A stretch of DNA of 33,333 nucleotides, from assembly GCA_964391535.1 (NCBI GenBank), contig CAYMMJ010000002.1, positions 1 to 33,333 on the forward strand, given 5' to 3'. This stretch comes from an uncultured Candidatus Saccharibacteria bacterium (GTDB lineage: Bacteria; Patescibacteriota; Minisyncoccia; Minisyncoccales; JAGGXC01). The translations under genes and the position numbers were made by a program. The notes below the pieces were generated by a model that was not told the DNA's origin, did no database searches, and saw only the letters and a list, made by a program, of their open reading frames with translations. Shown one piece after another: positions 1 through 9,400 of the stretch. The number at the start of each line of letters is the position of its first letter. The stretch's first letter is position 1.

Positions 1-37
1 CTACTTTTAAAAGAAGACTAAACCACAATAAAATAAA

Positions 38-66
38 AAGGAGATATTTAATCTCCTTATTTTTTT
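38..66 (+). terminator. Rho-independent terminator-like hairpin ending a gene upstream of the window
   Basis: Perfect 8-bp stem aaggagat (38-45) / atctcctt (51-58) with a 5-nt loop, followed by a T-run (60-66). An A-run on the 5' side means it could act in both directions. Confidence 0.6.
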
Positions 67-81
67 ATAATTTTTTATTTG

Positions 82-90
82 TGATAAAAT
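82..90 (+). promoter_or_regulatory. Candidate extended -10 element (TGaTAAAAT) upstream of the first CDS
   Basis: tgataaaat at 82-90, about 30 nt upstream of the ATG at 120. No good -35 was seen. The AT-rich context makes chance matches likely. Confidence 0.3.
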
Positions 91-119
91 TAAGAAATGG
101 TTTTTAGATTGGATGTGCT

Positions 120-1517
120 ATGACTTTTTTAAGCAAATCAAAGATAGTATATTTTCTGGCGGTCACTGCCATTTTTCTTTTTGCTTCTTTAATTCCTCAG
201 AAAATAGGGGAGGATTATTCTTTTAATTCTTCTGATGTTTTGTCTGAGATCATCTCCAGTACCGGTTCAGAGGATATCAATCTCAAGCAAGAACCACTGT
301 ACCTTGAAACAATTTCTGATCTAAAGCATAAACTCATTGATCAAAAAAAAGATTTTTTGGAAGTGAACCTTTCTTTGATGAAAGTGAGATTATATAAAAA
401 AGGAGAGCCAGTAAGAATAGCCTCAATTTTAACAATTGGTGATCCTCAAAATTGGGGAGGGTCGGCGGCAGGGCTTTACAAAATCTTGGATGGACATAAA
501 TTAAGTTTTTCTGTTGTGTCTGATGTTTATATGCCTTGGGCTCTTCATTATTATGGAAAATATTATATTCACGGAGAGCCTCACTACCCGGGAGGAAGAA
601 AACTTATTTCGTCGGTATCGGGAGGATGTATTCGGCTCAAAGACAAAGATGCTAGAGATATTTATGAGTTAAGCGAGATTAATATGCCTGTTTTGGTAAT
701 AGATAAAGAAAAAGATCATTATCTATTTGAAAATAAAAAGTTATTTTATCTTCCAGAGATATCGGCTAAAAGTTACTTGGCGGTTGATCTGGATTCAGGA
801 TATGTTTTTCTTGAGAGAGATTCTGAAAGAGAATTACCAATTGCTTCTTTAACAAAATTAATGACTGCTGTAGTTGTGTCAGAGAATGTTGATTTAAGGA
901 AATATATTGCGGTTCAGGAAGAAATGCTTAAAGCTTACGGTTCTACAAAAGGACTTGAAAAAGGCAAAAAATTCAGAGTAGTAGAATTGTTTTATCCTCT
1001 TTTGATTGAATCTTCAAACGATGCTGCTGAAGTTTTAGCAGGTTATTTAGGTCGGGCCGAAACAATTAAAAAAATGAATGAAAAAGCAAAAGCTATTCTT
1101 ATGCAAAAAACAGAGTTTGTTGATCCTCATGGTTTTGACAGAAGAAATGTTTCTAGCGCTCGCGACCTTTTTCAATTAACCCGATATATATTAGATGTGA
1201 GACCCCTTATTTTTAAGATTACCAAAGGAGAAGAAGTGCCTAGTTTTGGAGGAATTCATTTTGATGTCAAGAATCTGTGGAATAAAAACATTTTTATTTA
1301 TGACAAGAGTTTTGTTGGAGGTAAAACCGGTTATATTCGTCAGTCGGATTACAACGGAATTTTTGTTTTTAAATTTATGACAGAAAAGAAAGATACTCGC
1401 AATATAGTTATTATTATCTTAGGCTCAAAAAATCTAAGGAGCGATACGCAAAAAATCTACCACTGGATCCGGAAGAATTATTCTTTATCTCCGGTTTATG
1501 ATACAATAGAAAAATAA
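120..1517 (+). CDS. Fusion protein: YkuD-type L,D-transpeptidase domain + serine DD-carboxypeptidase (peptidase S11 / PBP5-like) domain, N-terminally membrane-anchored
   Basis: 465-aa ORF. N-terminal hydrophobic segment IVYFLAVTAIFLFASLI. YkuD catalytic signature HGEPHYPGG...SGGCIRL. These are followed by the three penicillin-binding motifs SLTK (SxxK), SSND (SxN) and KTG (GGKTGY). Confidence 0.8.
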   Translation: MTFLSKSKIVYFLAVTAIFLFASLIPQKIGEDYSFNSSDVLSEIISSTGSEDINLKQEPLYLETISDLKHKLIDQKKDFLEVNLSLMKVRLYKKGEPVRIASILTIGDPQNWGGSAAGLYKILDGHKLSFSVVSDVYMPWALHYYGKYYIHGEPHYPGGRKLISSVSGGCIRLKDKDARDIYELSEINMPVLVIDKEKDHYLFENKKLFYLPEISAKSYLAVDLDSGYVFLERDSERELPIASLTKLMTAVVVSENVDLRKYIAVQEEMLKAYGSTKGLEKGKKFRVVELFYPLLIESSNDAAEVLAGYLGRAETIKKMNEKAKAILMQKTEFVDPHGFDRRNVSSARDLFQLTRYILDVRPLIFKITKGEEVPSFGGIHFDVKNLWNKNIFIYDKSFVGGKTGYIRQSDYNGIFVFKFMTEKKDTRNIVIIILGSKNLRSDTQKIYHWIRKNYSLSPVYDTIEK

Positions 1518-1538
1518 ACGATAAGTTATAAAATTATT

Positions 1539-2921
1539 ATGCCATTAGTGCATACAGGAATAGGTATCTCTCAAAAAGATGATTTAGTAGAAGCTGCCAA
1601 AGAAGCGGCTCAAAAAGCAAAAGAGAAAATAAAAGGAAGAAAACCCAAACTTTTGATGTTTTTTGTAAACCTAGGTGTTTATCCAGAAAAGAGTTATCAG
1701 AAAGCACTTGATCAGGTGTATAATGTTTTCGAAGATAAACAAATTCCCTTAGTTGGCGGACCGGTTATGGGTTTCTTTGCACAAGGTAGATATTATTTCG
1801 ATATAAGTATAATAGGAAAGTATTTAGGTTTGTTATTGAAAGGGGTAGAAAAAATAATAAAACCTTTAAAGAGTTACGGAGTTTCTGTAATAGCTCTTGA
1901 ATCAGAATATCTCTCTGTGGGAACAGGAATAGGCACAAATGCTTTTAGTGAACCAGAGAAAGCAGGAAGAGAATCTATAGAAATGGCTCTGGAGAATTTA
2001 GACTACAATCCTTCTGTTGCTTACCTAGCAATGATGAAAAAAGGAGCAAAAGATATCACACGATTCAGGCCTCTTAATGGGTTTATTTTAACTCCCGGCA
2101 ATAACGCTCAAGGACTTTTGTTTGATCAGAATTTTATAGAAAGCATTGTCTCGGTGACTAAAAGAACAACAAGATTAATAGGGGGAGGTTTATGTTCAGG
2201 AGTAAAAATAGAGAAAGAGGGATTTGGTTATACTTCTCCTGCTCTTCAATTTTTCAATGGTAAAATCTATAAAGATTCAATAATCTCAGTGATTTTTGGT
2301 TCAGATTTAGAAATTGGTTACGGAACATTTACAGGTGCAGAGCCACTAGGGAAGGTGATGTTTGTTACAAAATCAGAAGGACATGAGGTGAAAGAAATTG
2401 ATGGCAAGCCTGCGGTTGAGAGATTAACCGAGGTTTACAGAGAAGCCGGATTTAGTAAAGATCCTTTGGTTCTTATATATGAAGGTGTTTTACCTGCTGT
2501 ACCAGAGGGAATCAGCGGATTTCTTTGGCCTGTCGTTCCAGCAAGATATAAAGGAAGCAGTGTTTTGTTTATGAATCCCGTAAGAGAAAATACCGTTTTG
2601 GTTCTCTCAAAAATCACAAGGGAATCTTGTTTTGATACAGTTTTTAAGGTTTCTGAGTTAGTAAAAGAAGATGCGGCGACTGATGATTTTGGATTCGTGT
2701 TTTATTTTTCTTGTCCTATTAGAGGAAAAATTTTGGGAACAAAGTATGCCAAAGAGATTTCTTTGGTAGAGAAAAGTTTTAATAAAAGAGATTTGTCAAT
2801 TTTTGGAATTGCTTCAGCAGGCGAGATAGCCTTTTATAAATTAGGACAGCCATTTGGTGCCACTGCTACAATTACTATGATGGGAATTTCGAATCGCCTG
2901 ATTTCTGAAACAAGAAAGTGA
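1539..2921 (+). CDS. FIST-domain protein (FIST N + FIST C), stand-alone sensor-like protein
   Basis: 460-aa ORF. The layout and C-terminal pattern FYFSCPIRGKILG...IFGIASAGEIA match my memory of the FIST_C consensus (fsC.gRg..l....GffsyGEi). Recognised by eye only. Confidence 0.5.
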   Translation: MPLVHTGIGISQKDDLVEAAKEAAQKAKEKIKGRKPKLLMFFVNLGVYPEKSYQKALDQVYNVFEDKQIPLVGGPVMGFFAQGRYYFDISIIGKYLGLLLKGVEKIIKPLKSYGVSVIALESEYLSVGTGIGTNAFSEPEKAGRESIEMALENLDYNPSVAYLAMMKKGAKDITRFRPLNGFILTPGNNAQGLLFDQNFIESIVSVTKRTTRLIGGGLCSGVKIEKEGFGYTSPALQFFNGKIYKDSIISVIFGSDLEIGYGTFTGAEPLGKVMFVTKSEGHEVKEIDGKPAVERLTEVYREAGFSKDPLVLIYEGVLPAVPEGISGFLWPVVPARYKGSSVLFMNPVRENTVLVLSKITRESCFDTVFKVSELVKEDAATDDFGFVFYFSCPIRGKILGTKYAKEISLVEKSFNKRDLSIFGIASAGEIAFYKLGQPFGATATITMMGISNRLISETRK

Positions 2922-2948
2922 ATGTGTTATTTTGATATAGGGTATATA

Positions 2949-2985
2949 AAAGGAAGGACTCATTAGAGCCCTTCCTTTATTTTTC
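2949..2985 (+). terminator. Rho-independent terminator after the FIST gene
   Basis: 9-bp stem aaaggaagg (2949-2957) / ccttccttt (2970-2978) with a 12-nt loop, followed by atttttc. Confidence 0.65.
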
Positions 2986-3007
2986 TATAGTCTTTGTCAA
3001 CTTGATA

Positions 3008-3035
3008 TTGACAAAAATAATAAATATGCTATAAT
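3008..3035 (+). promoter_or_regulatory. Near-consensus sigma70-type promoter (TTGACA - 16 nt - TGcTATAAT)
   Basis: ttgaca at 3008-3013, tataat at 3030-3035, and an extended -10 TG at 3027-3028. An inverted repeat ttgtcaa (2994-3000) / ttgacaa (3008-3014) overlaps the -35. Confidence 0.7.
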
Positions 3036-3057
3036 CTAAACATAGGAGGAAAGACAA

Positions 3058-3201
3058 GTGGAGAGAAATATTAATGAAATGAAGCAGGTATTAGAAGCGC
3101 ACCTTCCCAAAAACAATCCTTTAATAAAAGAAATTCTGGGCCCTTTTCCCAAAAAATTTGAAGATATTTTACGGGAAGAGGAAATATCAGTAATAGAGTA
3201 A
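3058..3201 (+). CDS. Small hypothetical protein (47 aa, GTG start), not in the ORF track
   Basis: GGAGG at 3045-3049 lies 8 nt before the GTG at 3058. The frame is open to TAA at 3199-3201 (VERNINEMKQVLEAHLPKNNPLIKEILGPFPKKFEDILREEEISVIE). It is bracketed by a consensus promoter and a terminator. I recognise no homology. Confidence 0.5.
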   Translation: MERNINEMKQVLEAHLPKNNPLIKEILGPFPKKFEDILREEEISVIE

Positions 3202-3230
3202 AGAGAGGAAGGACCTCTCTATTTTTTTTA
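3202..3230 (+). terminator. Rho-independent terminator directly after the small ORF, with an alternative downstream pairing
   Basis: Stem agagagg (3202-3208) / cctctct (3214-3220), then eight T (3222-3229). The segment cctctctattttt (3214-3226) can instead pair perfectly (13 bp) with aaaaatagagagg (3232-3244). Confidence 0.6.
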
Positions 3231-3273
3231 TAAAAATAGAGAGGTTAGAAAGAATTTTTGCACAAGAGGCGGC

Positions 3274-3302
3274 TTGAGTTAAAGGAAAAATTAAGGTAAA
3301 AT
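3274..3302 (+). promoter_or_regulatory. Candidate pheST promoter (TTGAGT - 17 nt - TAAAAT)
   Basis: ttgagt at 3274-3279 and taaaat at 3297-3302, about 27 nt upstream of the pheS ATG. Confidence 0.45.
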
Positions 3303-3328
3303 AGAAAATAGAAAGATATTATTGGAAT

Positions 3329-4366
3329 ATGAAAAAAATAGATTTTGAGGCTCTGAAAGAAGAGAGTCTGAAAGAAATTAATAAAGCTGATCACCCAGAA
3401 AAGTTAGATGATATTTTTCGGAAATATCTGGGTAAAAAAGGAAAAATTACCCAGATTTTAAGTTTTCTGAAAGAACTTCCCAAAGCAAAAAGAGCGGCTA
3501 TCGGTAGAGAGGCGAATCTCTTGAAAAAACTTATAGAAAGCCAAATAAAAAAGAAAAAAGAGATAATCAGAAAAAGAATAGAGAAGGAATTGAGTAGTAA
3601 AGATTTTATAGATATTACTCTTCCCGCAAAAAAACCAGAGGTGGGACATCTTCATCCTTTGACGTTGGTAAGAAGAAAAGTAGAAAGGATTTTTGAATCT
3701 ATGGGTTTTTGTGTGGTCCAAGGTCCTCATATAGAAACAGAGTGGTATAACTTCGATGCTTTAAATATTCCAAAAGACCATCCAGCCAGAGACCTTTGGG
3801 ATACTTTCTGGCTTAAAGAAAGAAAGAACAAAGAAAGACTGCTTTTAAGAACTCATACTTCTCCTGTTCAGGTTCGCTATATGAGAAAACACAACCCGCC
3901 TTTTAAAATAATTGTTCCCGGGAGAGTATTCCGTCATGAGGCTTCTGATTCATCTCACGATATTCAGTTTTATCAAGTTGAGGGATTGATGATAGATACT
4001 GACATATCGGTTGCTAACTTCAAAGGTATTATCCAGGAATTTTTAGAAAAATTCTTTAATCGAAGGATAAAAACCCGTCTGAGACCAGGATATTTTCCTT
4101 TTGTTGAACCCGGCTTTGAGATAGATATTCAGTGCTTTATTTGTCAAGGAAAAGGATGTTCTACCTGCGGTCATACTGGTTGGGTAGAGCTTTGTCCCGG
4201 AGGAATGGTACACCCCAATGTTTTAAAAGCCGGCGGTCTGAATCCTAAAAATTGGCAAGGATTTGCTTTTGGGATGGGCCTTGATAGATTGGCTATGATG
4301 ACCTATAAAATCAACGATATTAGGTTGCTTTACAGTAGTGATTTACGATTTCTGAAACAATTCTGA
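3329..4366 (+). CDS. pheS: Phenylalanine--tRNA ligase alpha subunit
   Basis: 345 aa. Class II aaRS core with FRHEASDSSHDIQFYQVEGL, the Cys-rich knuckle CFICQGKGCSTCGHTGWVE and GFAFGMGLDRLAMM. It is followed directly by pheT. Confidence 0.95.
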   Translation: MKKIDFEALKEESLKEINKADHPEKLDDIFRKYLGKKGKITQILSFLKELPKAKRAAIGREANLLKKLIESQIKKKKEIIRKRIEKELSSKDFIDITLPAKKPEVGHLHPLTLVRRKVERIFESMGFCVVQGPHIETEWYNFDALNIPKDHPARDLWDTFWLKERKNKERLLLRTHTSPVQVRYMRKHNPPFKIIVPGRVFRHEASDSSHDIQFYQVEGLMIDTDISVANFKGIIQEFLEKFFNRRIKTRLRPGYFPFVEPGFEIDIQCFICQGKGCSTCGHTGWVELCPGGMVHPNVLKAGGLNPKNWQGFAFGMGLDRLAMMTYKINDIRLLYSSDLRFLKQF

Positions 4367-4385
4367 AAATAATAATTTAATTAAT

Positions 4386-6440
4386 ATGTTGGTTTCTTAT
4401 AACTGGCTAAAAGATTATATAAAAGGCAAGATTCCTTCAGCAAAAGAACTTGCTGATATTATTACAATGCATAGTTTTGAAGTAGAAGGGTTTAAAAAGG
4501 AAACCAATGATTGGGTTATTGATGTAGATGTTTTACCAAATAGAGCGCATGACTGTCTTTCTTATTTGGGTATTGCCAGAGAATGCAGCGCAGTAGCAAA
4601 TTTAACTTATGCGCCTCCGATTTTTAAAATCAAGGAAGATAAAAAAATAAAAATTAACGATTTTGTTTCTGTTCAGATAAAAGAAAAGAAATTGTGTCCT
4701 CGCTATACAGCAAGAATGATTGTTGAAGTTAGGGTAGGACCTTCTCCTAAGAAAATTCAGAGACGTCTGAGGGTAATGGGTCTGGAGCCGATTAATAATG
4801 TGGTGGATATCCTAAATTATGTAATGCTGGAAACTGGTCAACCTCTTCATGCTTTTGATTTTGATAAGTTGGCGGGTAAAGATAAAAAGCAAATAATTGT
4901 CAGAAAGGCAAGAAAAAAGGAGAAAATAGATGCTTTGGATGACAAAACTTATCAATTGGATGAAAATATTTTAATAATTGCTGATTCAAAAGAGCCGTTG
5001 GCTATTGCAGGAATGAAAGGAGGAAAGAAAGCCCAAATTAGCAAATCGACAAAAACGATAGTAATAGAATCTGCTAATTTCGAGATGAAATCTATCCGTT
5101 ATGCTCGTCAGAAACTAAATCTCCAAACAGACGCTTCTTTGAGATTTGAGCACGAACCAGATCCAAATCTTACAACTTTTGCTATTGATAGAGCCTGTTG
5201 GCTGATTCAAAAGTATTGTAAGGGAAAAGTTGCGAGGGGTATTATTGATGTTTATCCAAAGAAAGTTTTTCCTAAAAAAATTAAACTTGACCTGCGTCAG
5301 GTAGAAAAAATTTTAGGAGTAAAAGTAAATTTGGCAAGAATCAAAAAAATTTTTAATAAATTGGAATTGAAAATCCTTAGTTCTGATGAAAATACATTAT
5401 TAGTAGAAATTCCTACTTTCCGTCAAGATTTGTCTATTCCCCAGGATTTGATTGAAGAAATAGGTAGGGTTTATGGTTTTGAGAAAATTCCTGCTTTGAT
5501 TCCAGAGGCGTTAGTTTCTGCTCCAGAAAGAAATGACAACGTTTTTTGGGGAAACTTAACAAAAGATATTTTAAAAGAAATTGGATTTTGTGAAGCTTAT
5601 AATTATTCATTTGTTAGCAATCAAGACACCATTATTTTTTCTTTAAAAGAAAAAGAACTGGTGAAGATAGAAAATCCAATTAGCAGCGAATATAAATATT
5701 TAAGACCCTCTCTTATCCCAAATTTGTTGAAAAATGTTAGAGAGAATTCAAAACATTTTTCAGAGATAAAGATTTTTGAATTAGGAAAGGTATATAAAAA
5801 ATTACCCGTATCGGAAAAAAGAGCATTAACGGGATTGATTGCTAATAATAATTCAGGGTCTCAGAATTTTTATCTGGCAAAAGGAATTGTTGATTTATTG
5901 CTTAATAAATTAGGAATATCTGATGTTTGGTATGACGAATTTAGACCTACTCCTGAAGAATCAAAGATGTCTTTCTGGCAATCTAAAAAATGCGCCGAGA
6001 TAAAAGTAGGCAATGTCGAGGTTGGTTTTCTTGGTGAAATTTCTAAAGAAATTATTGAAAAAATAGAGATTCCTTTTTCAGTAGTGGTTTTTGATTTTGA
6101 TTTTGAAAAACTTCAAGAACTTTGCTGTGAAGAGCATGAATATCAGCCTGTTTCTCGATTTCCTGCAGCAGTGAGAGATTTGGCAGTTTTAGTTCCTCGA
6201 GAAGTGAAAGTAGTTGAGGTGCTTAATTTAATCAATACAGCGGGAGGACCGCTTGTTAGAGACGTTGATTTATTTGATATTTACGAAGGCGAAGCAATTC
6301 CTGAAGGTAAAAAGAATTTAGCCTTTCATATTATTTATCAGGCGCCCGACAGAACTCTTAGAAAAGAAGAAATAGATGTTCTTCAGGAAAAAATAATAGA
6401 AACATTAGAACAAAATCCCGAATGGGAAGTAAGAAAATAA
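4386..6440 (+). CDS. pheT: Phenylalanine--tRNA ligase beta subunit (short form lacking the N-terminal OB/tRNA-binding domain)
   Basis: 684 aa. Typical start MLVSYNWLKDYI, then PNRAHDCLSYLGIAREC, LHAFDFDKL, a B5 region, and a C-terminal FDX-ACB-like SRFPAAVRDLAVLV. Confidence 0.93.
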   Translation: MLVSYNWLKDYIKGKIPSAKELADIITMHSFEVEGFKKETNDWVIDVDVLPNRAHDCLSYLGIARECSAVANLTYAPPIFKIKEDKKIKINDFVSVQIKEKKLCPRYTARMIVEVRVGPSPKKIQRRLRVMGLEPINNVVDILNYVMLETGQPLHAFDFDKLAGKDKKQIIVRKARKKEKIDALDDKTYQLDENILIIADSKEPLAIAGMKGGKKAQISKSTKTIVIESANFEMKSIRYARQKLNLQTDASLRFEHEPDPNLTTFAIDRACWLIQKYCKGKVARGIIDVYPKKVFPKKIKLDLRQVEKILGVKVNLARIKKIFNKLELKILSSDENTLLVEIPTFRQDLSIPQDLIEEIGRVYGFEKIPALIPEALVSAPERNDNVFWGNLTKDILKEIGFCEAYNYSFVSNQDTIIFSLKEKELVKIENPISSEYKYLRPSLIPNLLKNVRENSKHFSEIKIFELGKVYKKLPVSEKRALTGLIANNNSGSQNFYLAKGIVDLLLNKLGISDVWYDEFRPTPEESKMSFWQSKKCAEIKVGNVEVGFLGEISKEIIEKIEIPFSVVVFDFDFEKLQELCCEEHEYQPVSRFPAAVRDLAVLVPREVKVVEVLNLINTAGGPLVRDVDLFDIYEGEAIPEGKKNLAFHIIYQAPDRTLRKEEIDVLQEKIIETLEQNPEWEVRK

Positions 6441-9400
6441 AACATTTTAAAGATATGCCAAAAAAACAAATACAAAATAAGAAGAAAACATCTCCAAAAA
6501 CAAAGGAAAAGAAAACACTTTCAAAAAAAGAGTCAAGTTATGAAGCCAAGGACATTTATGTGCTTAAAGGACTTGAGCCAGTGCGCAAAAGACCAGGAAT
6601 GTATATTGGTTCTACCGGTGCAGATGGTCTTCATCATTTAATATGGGAGTGTGTAGATAATTCGTTGGATGAAGCCATTGCTGGGTATGCTCAAAATATA
6701 GAAGTTGCGCTTTTGCCCGAAAATAAAGTAAGAACTTCTGATGACGGACGAGGAATACCTGTAGGAAAACATCCACAGACTGGGAAATCAGCATTGGAGA
6801 CAGTAATGACTACTCTTCATGCTGGGGCAAAATTTGGCGGAAAAGCATATCAAGTTGCTGGAGGCCTTCACGGAGTTGGAGTTTCGGTAGTATGCGCATT
6901 GTCTAAGTGGATGAGAGCAGAAGTTTGTCGGGAAGGGGAGAAATATGTTCAAGAATATGAAAGGGGAGTTGTAAAAACAAAGGTGAAAAAAATGGGGAAG
7001 TGCAGGCAAAGAGGAACCACTGTAACTTTTGAACCCGACCCAGAAATTTTCAAAGAGGTTAAATTTAATCTTAATAGAATTTTAAATCATCTTCGCCAGC
7101 AAGCTTATTTGACTAAAGGAGTAAAGATTACTGTTAAAGATCTAAGAGGTAAAGAACCACAAAATCATTTCTCTTACACTTTTTATTTTGAGGGAGGTCT
7201 TAAGTCATATATTAAGTATCTAATACAGGATTCTGAACCTCGTCAGAAAAATGTTTTCTATACCTCGGGGCAGGTTAACGGCGTAATGGTTGAAGCTGCT
7301 TTTCAATATACTGAAGAAAGAGAGTGCTTTGAAGAGAGTTTTGCTAATAATATCTATACAGGTGAAGGAGGAACTCATTTAACAGGTTTTAGAAGTGCCT
7401 TGACGCGGACTCTTAATGATTATGCCAGAAAAGAAGGCTATCTTAAAGAAAAGGATGAAAATTTCAGTGGTCAAGATATTCGTGAAGGTTTCACAGGAGT
7501 TGTTTCGGTAAAGATAGAAAATCCTCAATTTGAAGGTCAGACCAAGGCTCGGTTAGGGAATCCTGAAGCAAAATCGGCGGTAGAAAAAGTAGTAAGTGAA
7601 GGTTTGAGTGATTTTTTAGAAAGAAATCCTCAAGATGCCCGGGTCATTATTGAAAATTGTCTTTTGGCTCAGAAAGCCAGAAAGGCAGCAAAGGCTGCTC
7701 GCCAAACTGTGTTGCGAAAAGGAGTACTGGGAGGTTTAACTCTTCCCGGAAAGCTTGCTGATTGCAGTTCTCGTCGTCCCGAGGAATCGGAACTTTATAT
7801 TGTTGAAGGAGAAAGTGCAGCTGGTTCCAGCAAGCAGGGACGGGACCGACGATTTCAAGCAATTCTTCCTTTGCGAGGTAAAATTTTGAATGTAGAAAGA
7901 GCACGTCTTGACAAGATACTGAGCTCCAAAGAAATAAAGTCATTGATTATAGCTTTAGGTACTGCTGTTGCTGAAGATTTTGACTTAAACAAATTAAGAT
8001 ACCATCGCATAATCATTATGACTGATGCTGACTCTGTAACCGGCGATACTCCGATATTTCTTTATGATAAGAAAAAACAAGAATTCTTTCTCACAGAGGT
8101 TAAAGAATTCATCGAGGAATGTGACGACACCACAAGATACAAAGTTTTAACTTATAATCCACGAAGCAGGAAGAGAGAATTAAAAGAGATTTATCAAACA
8201 ATAAAACATCCCTTACGAACTCCTCTATACGAGATTAAGACTTATTGTGGATACCCGATCAAAGTGACTTCTTGTCATAGCGTTTATGTGTTTGAGGACG
8301 GAAAGGTTATAACTAAGAAAGGAGATAAGATAAAAAAAGGAGATTTGCTGATTTTCCCACAATCTCTCCCACGCCAAGATAAAGATTATGTTATAGATTT
8401 AAAAGAAACCATTCTGACTTCAGATTTCGAGAACGTCTCCGTGAAAATTTCCCGGGATTCTATAGAACAAATCCCAGCAACGAGTTGGTGCGGGTTAAAT
8501 TTATCTTCTTGGAGCATGCTTCAGAAAAAAAGAGAATTAGCCGGAGTGTCTCGGCGAACAATGGGAAAATCAATTGGAATTTATGATAAAATTATTCAGC
8601 AATGGGAGCAGAAAACTGATAATGTAATGCCGAGATTTCATCAGTTTAAGGGTTATCTGAATTTGCTTAATATAGATAAAAATACTCTTGATTTTGATGT
8701 TTATATTCCAATAAAAGAATGGCAGAAAAGCAGTTTTCCTGAAAATGCCGAGTTTTATCTTCACAATCATACCCGAAAGATTAAAACAGAATTTAAATTG
8801 GACAAAGATTTAGCTTATTTGATTGGCTTTTTCTTGGGCGATGGCTGTGCTACTCCTGAGAAAGGGAGTCCTAATAGATTCTCGGTTTCTATAAATAAAA
8901 AGAAGGAAGACGTGTATATTAAGAATCTTTCTCGAATTATTAGAGAAAGATTTGAGGCAGAACCTATTGTGGAGTATCGGCAAGCAAATAATATTTTGCT
9001 TCATTTTCATTCTTTTTCATTTAAGCTCCTCTTAATCAAACTTGGACTTTTGGGAAAGCGATGCAACGAGAAATTTATCCCAGATATATTCTTTAACACG
9101 AAAAAAGAGATTCAAGAAGCGTTACTGGAAGGCCTCCTTCATAGTGATGGATTTATTGTTGTTTGGCCCAAAGATAAGTCAAGTAAAGCAATTTATGGCT
9201 GGCGTCTTTCTTCCCAAAAACTTATTCAAGGCATTCTTACTATTTTTAGACAGTGGGGAATATTTCCGGCGTTTAGCATTAGCCAGGGAAGGAAACATTT
9301 AAGAAAAGACGGAAAGATTATTAGGTCTAATTTCAAATCTTATGATTTGTCAATTTCTACGGTAGATTATCTCCTGAAAACAAAACACATTTGGCAAAAT

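Noticed and set aside
2922-3328. A T-box riboswitch or pheM-type Phe-rich leader peptide upstream of pheS.
   Set aside because: I found no T-box consensus (AAUUAGGGUGGUACCGCG-like) or specifier-loop architecture. The small ORF has only two Phe codons, and they are not positioned to control the hairpins in the classical way.
9042-9302. An 86-aa + strand ORF in an alternative frame inside the intein.
   Set aside because: It is fully embedded in the gyrB/intein reading frame, which carries the second LAGLIDADG motif here. There is no independent start signal or motif.
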